Positions 39,608 through 45,908 of a DNA stretch of 45,908 nucleotides are shown one piece after another. The number at the start of each line of letters is the position of its first letter. Positions within the stretch are counted from its first letter, which is position 1. This DNA comes from Prasinococcaceae sp. CCMP 1430 (Eukaryota > Plantae > Prasinodermophyta): the NCBI GenBank assembly GCA_013416795.1, contig RQSC01001001.1, forward strand, positions 1-45,908, in the 5' to 3' direction. The position numbers and the translations under genes were made by a program. The notes under the pieces were generated by a model. It saw only the letters and a program-made list of their open reading frames with translations, had not been told where the DNA came from and did not search any database.

Positions 39608-42600
39608 CTACCGACCCTCGAGCGTGGACGCGTCCTTCAGCTGGAGCTTGGGCACGACGTTCATCGACGTGAGCTCCTGAAAGAGCAGTTTGCACGCGTA
39701 CGGCAGCTTCAGGCTCGCAACGCCCTCCTTCGAGCGGCAGCTCGCGCACACGCCCGCCTTGAGGTCGTGGCTGAAGTAGCCGAGCATGCCACACTTGGTG
39801 CACACGTGCGCTTCGAATTCGTCGCTCGAGATCATGAGGCGCTCAAGGATCATGTGAGACGCGCCGTACGCGACAAGGCTGCGCGGGCGCGAGCGCAGCG
39901 AGCGCCGATGGCGCCAGCGCGCGTGTCAGCAGCCATAGTAGGAGTCAACGCCGGGGCGCGGGTGTGCACTGGGATCTCGCCCGGTGAAAGGCCACCTCGG
40001 GCAACGGTACTGTGCCAGGGTGGTGAGTAGTGGGCTGCTCGTTCGTCGCGCGTACTTCGTGCCGCGCAACGCACCAATCGCGTTCCATCTCTCCCAGGCG
40101 TAGGCCGCCGTCCCTGCTGCGGCCCTCGGTTGGCTGGCGCGTCAACACCACGCGCGGGCCGCGCGCGCGCGCGTGCATCTTGTCGAGCACCATGTGCTTG
40201 AGCTTCTGGTAGTATACGGGACCCATGAATATGTACGCAGGTATGGGCTCACCGGTGATGCCACTGGTCAGCACGTCCTTGCCCTCGTAGTTGAAGCCGC
40301 GGTCGATGAGTGTCTGCGTCATCGCTTCGATCGGGTCCCCGCCGAAGGCCGTGCCATCGCGGAAGTGCCCATCGAGCACGCCCGCCTTGCCACCGAGGAG
40401 CTCGATCATCTTGGCGACTGTCATGCGACTGGGGAATCCGTGAGGGTTCATGATGAGGTCGGGCGAGATGCCGCGGGTGCTGAAGGGCAAGTCCTCCTGG
40501 CGTACAATGGTGCCCACCACGCCCTTCTGACCGTGGCGCGAGCTGAACTTGTCGCCGATCTCGGGCCTGCGCGTGTGTCGCACGAGGGCCTTAATCATCA
40601 TGTAGTTCTCATCGTTAGCTGTGACGAGGACCTTGTCAACGACAGCTGACTCGGTGCTGCTCGCGTCCATGCTCGGCCCCTTGTACACGCTCGGCGCGCG
40701 GCGGTAGTGATTCGGGTTGTTGACGTCGAGCGGCTCGGGTGCCAGGTCACGCGTGTTCCGCGGTGACATCTTGTTGACGAACATCTGCCCGTTAGCGATG
40801 GGCTCGCCCACGCCCGCGACGCCCTCCTCATCGAGCGCTCGCTCGCGCATGGGCGGCCTGTCTTTGCCGGCCTCTTTGTTAGGCGGCAGGATCTTATCAC
40901 TCTCGCGGTTGCCGTACTTCTTGATGCTGCTGGCGTAGCGCCGCATGACCGTGCAACGCCCGAAGCCGCGATCGAGAGATGCCTTGCACATGACGATGGC
41001 GTCCTCGATGTCGTAGCCCGAGTACGACATGACCGCAACGATGGCGTTCTGGCCCGCCCCGAGCTTGTCGAACCCGATCAGCCCAATCGTCTTGGTCTGC
41101 ACCAGCGGCCGCATGGGGTACACGAGCAAGTACAGAAGCGTGTCCATGCGCGTCTGCTGGTTGTACGCAACATTGCCCATGGCCTGCTTCCCCATCGCGC
41201 ACTGATACGTATTTCTAGGAGACTGGTTGTGGTGCGGGTATGGGATCAGCCCAGCGACGACGCCCAAGATGGTGAAGGGCTCGATCTCGAGGTGCGTCGT
41301 CTCGGCGATGCAGTCGTGCGGATAGAGCGCAACCAGGCTGTCGTTCTCCTCGTTGACGTCAAGGTACTCAACCTGCCCATAGTGTAGGAAGTCGTCGAAG
41401 GTGCGCAGGCCATCCTTCAGGTCGGCCAGATCCTCGTCAGTGACGCGCGGCACTCCGTTGTCGCAGATGATGAGCGGCCTGCACACGCGCCCACCGTCGG
41501 TGGCAATGTACACCGCGCGCTGCGCACTGTGCATGAAGATGGAGACGAACTCGCCAAGCCGCCCGGCGCGACGAAGGGCGCGCATCGACTCCATGAACGC
41601 CAGCGGCCGCCGATGCCTACCGAGGATCGAGCCGTTGAGAAAGACTAGCGCGGATCCCTCGCGATGCAACTCCTCGCCCCCTACCACGCTGAGGTCCTCG
41701 ACGCCGAGCGAAAGGCAGAGCGACGCGACCGGCCGCCCGTCGTCGTCGGTGGTCACGTGTGTCATGAGCGCAAGATTTTTGACGAGCCCACACGCCTCGC
41801 CCTCCGGCGTGTCTGAGGGGCACAGCATGCCCCATTGCGAGGGCTGCAGCGCGCGCGGCCCCGACACCTTTCGCGTCTTTTCGAACTGCGAAGTGATTCG
41901 CGTCATCATTCCAAGGGCGGCGATGAACGACAGGCGCGACAGCACCTGCGTGACGCCCTTGCGCTCCATGCGGAAGCGCTTGATGGTCCAATTGCCGCTC
42001 GAGATGGCGTGCTCCAGCCCGTTGGTGATGGTGTCGGGGCGGATGCATTTGAGCACGTCGAAGGGTGCTGCGCGGTTCTGCTTGCTCAGCGTGATGTCCG
42101 CCTGGCGCTTGAGGTCGCTGTTGAGGCGCTTGAACAGGTCCTCGAATAGCAGCGCAAGCAGTTGGCCGCCCAGCTCGAGGCGCTTGTTGCCGTAGTAGTC
42201 CTTGTCGTCAACTTGCGAGGGGTCGCGCACGGCCGCAAGCATGCGGCGTATCATGACGCCCATGTATACAGCCTTCTGCTTGAAGTCAAACTTGTGCACA
42301 GGCACGTGCGCGAGCACGACCGAGGCAAGCACGTCACGTGCCTCGTCAGCGCGGTTGCGCTTGACCTTCACCCAGTTCTGCCGGCTCGACTTGGCCTTGC
42401 TGCCCAGCCAGTCGAGCGCCTGGTTCTGCGTGAAGACGCCAAGCCGCGAGCACTCGCCCACACTCTGTGCAAGCGCCTCGGCCACCTCTGCCTCCGATCC
42501 AACGAGCTGAATGCACTCCTGATCGCTCTCGATGCCCATCGCCTTAAGCACCACCATGGCGGGCACATCATCCGTGAACGTGTTGTGCCGCAGCAGCACC

Positions 42601-43400
42601 TTGCCAGCCTTGTACACCATCGTGGTCTTAGACTTGCGCTCATGCGTCGACGACGTCACCGATGCGTTCATGTTGCCCTGTGGGTCCACGTCGATGATGA
42701 TGCGGTTCTTGCTCAGCTGCTCCTGGATGAGGATGACCTTCTCTACGCCCTTGACAACGAAGTAGCCGCCGGGGTCCAGGGGGCACTCGCCAAGCTCGGC
42801 CAGCGCCTTCTCGTCCTTTCCTGAGAGCACGCAGCGATTGCACCGCAGCATGAGCGGCATGCGGCCGATGAGCACTGCGCCGACGCCCTTCTTCTCCCCC
42901 TTCCTCTCAACGAGCTCCTTGCCACGCGTGTACTCCACGTCGACAGTTATCGGCGCGCTGTACGTCATGTCGCGCAGGCGGCACTCGTGCGGCGTGATGT
43001 TTTTGCGCACGAAGTCCTCGCTCACCACGGGCTGGCCGACGTAGATGTTCGTGTACTTGAGGTAGAACGAGGGATCGCTGTCGCAGCGCACAATCCGATT
43101 CGCCTTGGCCTGCACGATCTTCTTGATCTCAGTCTCGAGGAAGTAGTTGAAGGAGTCGATGTGCTGCTTCACGAGGCCGCGCACCTGCAGGAAGGCAGGC
43201 AGCAGCTCCTCTTTGTCCTTGAGCGACGATATAGGCCTCGTGAGCTTCGCCGGCTCCGCGCGCAGCAGCGCGAGCGCCTCGTCCGCCCCGCCCGCGGCCG
43301 CTGGCGTCTGCGCGCTCGGGCCGCCCGGCATGTCTGCGGGGTCCTCCTTCTTCACCACCGTCTCCTTGCCCTTGCGCGGGGCGCGCCGCGCCGACGGCAT
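39608..43400 (-). CDS. RPC2: RNA polymerase III second-largest subunit, about 1198 aa; exons 43400-40075, 39878-39608
   Basis: [122 protein letters not shown]|CL and the terminal zinc ribbon. The residues match RPC2 rather than RPB2. Confidence 0.97.
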
Positions 43401-43553
43401 GGCTGCAGCCCTCACTCCTCAACCTGACTGAGCTCACCTCACCTCACCTCAGCCACCCACTCGCCCACCCGCCCACGACCTTCTGTCGCGTCGGCCGCCT
43501 CCGCCGGGGCCGCCGGCTGGCCGCCGGCGGCAGAGAGGGCGGCGGCGGTGGTG

Positions 43554-43856
43554 NNNNNNNNNNNNNNNNNNNNNNNNNNNNNNNNNNNNNNNNNNNNNNN
43601 NNNNNNNNNNNNNNNNNNNNNNNNNNNNNNNNNNNNNNNNNNNNNNNNNNNNNNNNNNNNNNNNNNNNNNNNNNNNNNNNNNNNNNNNNNNNNNNNNNNN
43701 NNNNNNNNNNNNNNNNNNNNNNNNNNNNNNNNNNNNNNNNNNNNNNNNNNNNNNNNNNNNNNNNNNNNNNNNNNNNNNNNNNNNNNNNNNNNNNNNNNNN
43801 NNNNNNNNNNNNNNNNNNNNNNNNNNNNNNNNNNNNNNNNNNNNNNNNNNNNNNNN
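43554..43856. other. Assembly gap (run of N)
   Basis: About 303 N between the divergent RPC2 and SDR genes. Confidence 0.99.
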
Positions 43857-44270
43857 GCGCGGGCGCGGGCGCGCGCGGGAGGGCGCCTGGCCGCGCGGCG
43901 GTCCACCGCTGCAGCCGAGTGGTTGCAGAGCCGGGGGGTGGGGGAGGGGGTGGGGGTCGAGGGGTCAAGGGCGACAGAGCCGCCGGGGTGGTGCCAGAGC
44001 GCGCGGCGGAGCACACCTCGGCGGTGTGCCGCGCAAATCGCCTTGCCGCGCGAAGGAGCGCCCCTGTCGCTGCGCAGCGCAGCCGCCGGACGCGGCCGCG
44101 AGGCGCGGGGCGCGGCTGCGCGGCGCGTAACGGGTCGACGCGCCAGCTCAGCGCGGGCAGCTCAGCGGACGCTCGGGCGGCCACAGCGCACACACGGGCC
44201 CAGCGAGCAGCGCGCGCAGGCGCAGGTGCACACAGGCATAGGCACGCGCTCGCTCGCTCACGGGGTGCGC

Positions 44271-45230
44271 ATGGCTGCCGGAAACGACAGAAGCGAGGCC
44301 GCGCGGCGGCGCGTGGCCTCCGTCTCGAGGGCAGTGTGCGCCGGCGGCGCGCCGCAGCAGGTGCGGCAGGAACTGTGGACGCAGCAGGCGCATGGGGCCG
44401 CGCCCGTGTACAAGGTGAAGCGCCGCTTTAGCGAGATCGTTAGGGACGCATCAGATGATGCAGGGCAGGGAAGGGGCAGCGACGACGACGACGCTGGCGG
44501 CACAGGTCCGGAGAGGCGGCCGCCCGTGGCTGTCGTCGTCGGCGCAGGCGTGGCGATAGGCGCCGCGCTATGCCGAGCGCTCGCCGAGCGCGGCTATGTG
44601 GTGTTCGCAGCGCGGAGACGTTTCCCGCAGGACGAGGCGGACGACAACCTGGGCATACTACCGAACGTTGTTCGCGTCCCGTGCGATGCGCGCGACGAAG
44701 CCTCGGTGGCGTCGCTGTTCGCCGCAGCCGAGGCCGCCGGCGAGATCGAGTTCGTGTGTCACAACATCGGCGGCAACGTCCAATTCAGCGCGCTCGACAC
44801 GACCGAGCGCGTCTTCCGCAAAGTGTGGGAGCTCTGCGCGCTTTCTGCCCTGCACGTGGGTAAGGCCGCCGCACGAGCGATGCTGCGCCACGGCCGCGGC
44901 GGCACTATCGGCTTCACGGGCGCCACTGCGTCTCGTCGCGGCAACCCTGGCTTTGCCGCCTTCGCTGCAGCGATGCACGCAAAGCGCGCCTTCGCGCAGT
45001 CGCTCTCGCGAGAGTTGGGGCCGAAAGGTATACACGTGTGCCACCTGCTCATCGACGCGCCGGTGGACACCCCTTGGGTGCGCAAAAACTTCGTCGCCGC
45101 CGACCCAGCGCTCGCTTCCCGCCTGGTGCCACCCTCAGGCATTGCGGAGGCATACCTTGCGCTGCATTCGCAGAAGCCCTCCGCGTGGGCTTTCGAGATG
45201 GACCTGCGCACGCAACACGAGCCCAGTTAA
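44271..45230 (+). CDS. Short-chain dehydrogenase/reductase (bacterial-like atypical subfamily), 319 aa
   Basis: Rossmann motif VVVGAGVAIGAALCRAL, CDARDEASV, HNIGGN, FTGATASRRG, FAAFAAAMHAKRAFAQSLSRELGPKGIHVCHLLID and WAFEMDLR. Confidence 0.87.
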   Translation: MAAGNDRSEAARRRVASVSRAVCAGGAPQQVRQELWTQQAHGAAPVYKVKRRFSEIVRDASDDAGQGRGSDDDDAGGTGPERRPPVAVVVGAGVAIGAALCRALAERGYVVFAARRRFPQDEADDNLGILPNVVRVPCDARDEASVASLFAAAEAAGEIEFVCHNIGGNVQFSALDTTERVFRKVWELCALSALHVGKAAARAMLRHGRGGTIGFTGATASRRGNPGFAAFAAAMHAKRAFAQSLSRELGPKGIHVCHLLIDAPVDTPWVRKNFVAADPALASRLVPPSGIAEAYLALHSQKPSAWAFEMDLRTQHEPS

Positions 45231-45268
45231 ATCGAAAGCTCCTTCCAAGCGATGCCAAACGCGCGCGC

Positions 45269-45908
45269 TCACTCGCGACCTGCCAACCCTGCGGCGGCAG
45301 TCGCTCGATCGACGCTCGCGCGCAATCCGCCCTCCGCGCCCTCCACGAGCGCGACGAGTCCGGGCGTGCCATCCTCGCAGCCCCCAATCGACTTGCCTCC
45401 TATGAAGAGGTTGGGCATCGAGGTGCGCCCAGTGAGCGTGCCCAACGCCGCCTGCAGTGCTGGACCACGCGGCGCGCCTTGCTCATCCACCTCAATTGTC
45501 ACGTATTGGACCTCGGCATCGTCCAGCAGCTTCTTCGCCTTCACACACCAAGGACATGCGGTGAAGGAATACAGCACCACGGCGTTGGATGCCACGGTCG
45601 CGTTGATGTCTTGCCGCGCCTCGGCGATGTCTTTCGCGGGCGCGCGCTCCTGGCACTTGCGCACCTTGTACTCGCCCAGCGCATCCAGCTCCCATTGCGT
45701 CACCGAGTTCACCCACTTGCCGACGGCCGTCTCAAGGAACTCGAGCTTCTTTTCGTCGCCCATGCCACCGACTGGACTTCGCTTGATGACACTGTATAGA
45801 CCGTAGACCCCTGCATCGCCGCTGCTGCCCGCCCGCTTGTCTTCAGCGCCCTGCTGTGTGCACGCGCGCGCGGCCGCGCGGCGGGGCGCGCGCACCCATG
45901 GCCGCAGG
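45269..45908 (-). CDS. Dithiol glutaredoxin (CPWC), probably plastid-targeted; 5' end outside the window
   Basis: VVLYSFTACPWCVKAKKLL and GRTSMPNLFIGGKSIGGCED. The frame is open to the window edge. Confidence 0.88.
   Translation of the reverse strand, partial: LRPWVRAPRRAAARACTQQGAEDKRAGSSGDAGVYGLYSVIKRSPVGGMGDEKKLEFLETAVGKWVNSVTQWELDALGEYKVRKCQERAPAKDIAEARQDINATVASNAVVLYSFTACPWCVKAKKLLDDAEVQYVTIEVDEQGAPRGPALQAALGTLTGRTSMPNLFIGGKSIGGCEDGTPGLVALVEGAEGGLRASVDRATAAAGLAGRE

Noticed and set aside
1-45908. A functional gene cluster (redox genes, DNA-repair genes HEI10/RAD7/TTI2/exonuclease, or mitochondrial cofactor genes COQ8/LIP1)
   Set aside because: The genes are interspersed with unrelated housekeeping genes, and such adjacency is expected by chance in a compact eukaryotic genome without synteny or co-expression data.
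1-45908. CRISPR array, rRNA, transposase/integrase or prokaryotic operon
   Set aside because: No repeat-spacer periodicity, rRNA motifs or transposase motifs were seen. The genes have spliceosomal introns and eukaryotic products.

Overview
GC-rich, gene-dense eukaryotic nuclear DNA from a green alga. The evidence is GT-AG introns of about 100-350 nt, a nuclear PsbR gene, TRX z and plastid-type transit peptides. The style suggests a prasinophyte-grade alga, but the species cannot be fixed from sequence alone. About 23 protein-coding genes are supported: ACSBG-type acyl-CoA synthetase, secreted choice-of-anchor-I/dockerin protein, TTI2, FNT/NAR1, 5'-3' exonuclease, BTB-MATH, GT31, HEXXH protein, PNKD-like hydrolase, fibrillin, a 2-TM protein, a kinase, HEI10, RAD7, COQ8, LIP1, TRX z, PsbR, a small probable plastid protein, RPC2, an SDR and a glutaredoxin. 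The standout is hidden from the ORF track. A minus-strand gene (15479-14620) reads through an in-frame TGA to give a U-G-S-C motif exactly where a thioredoxin fold carries CxxC. It has a textbook type II SECIS about 140 nt after the stop, an N-terminal signal peptide and a C-terminal GPI-like signal. It is therefore a predicted cell-surface thioredoxin-fold selenoprotein. Other points worth checking are a bacterial-type dockerin on an algal secreted protein, a recurrent intergenic ATTTGAT motif, several genes lacking an in-frame ATG, and inverted (GT)n/(CA)n tracts around an orphan exon. No rRNA, tRNA, CRISPR or transposase was found.
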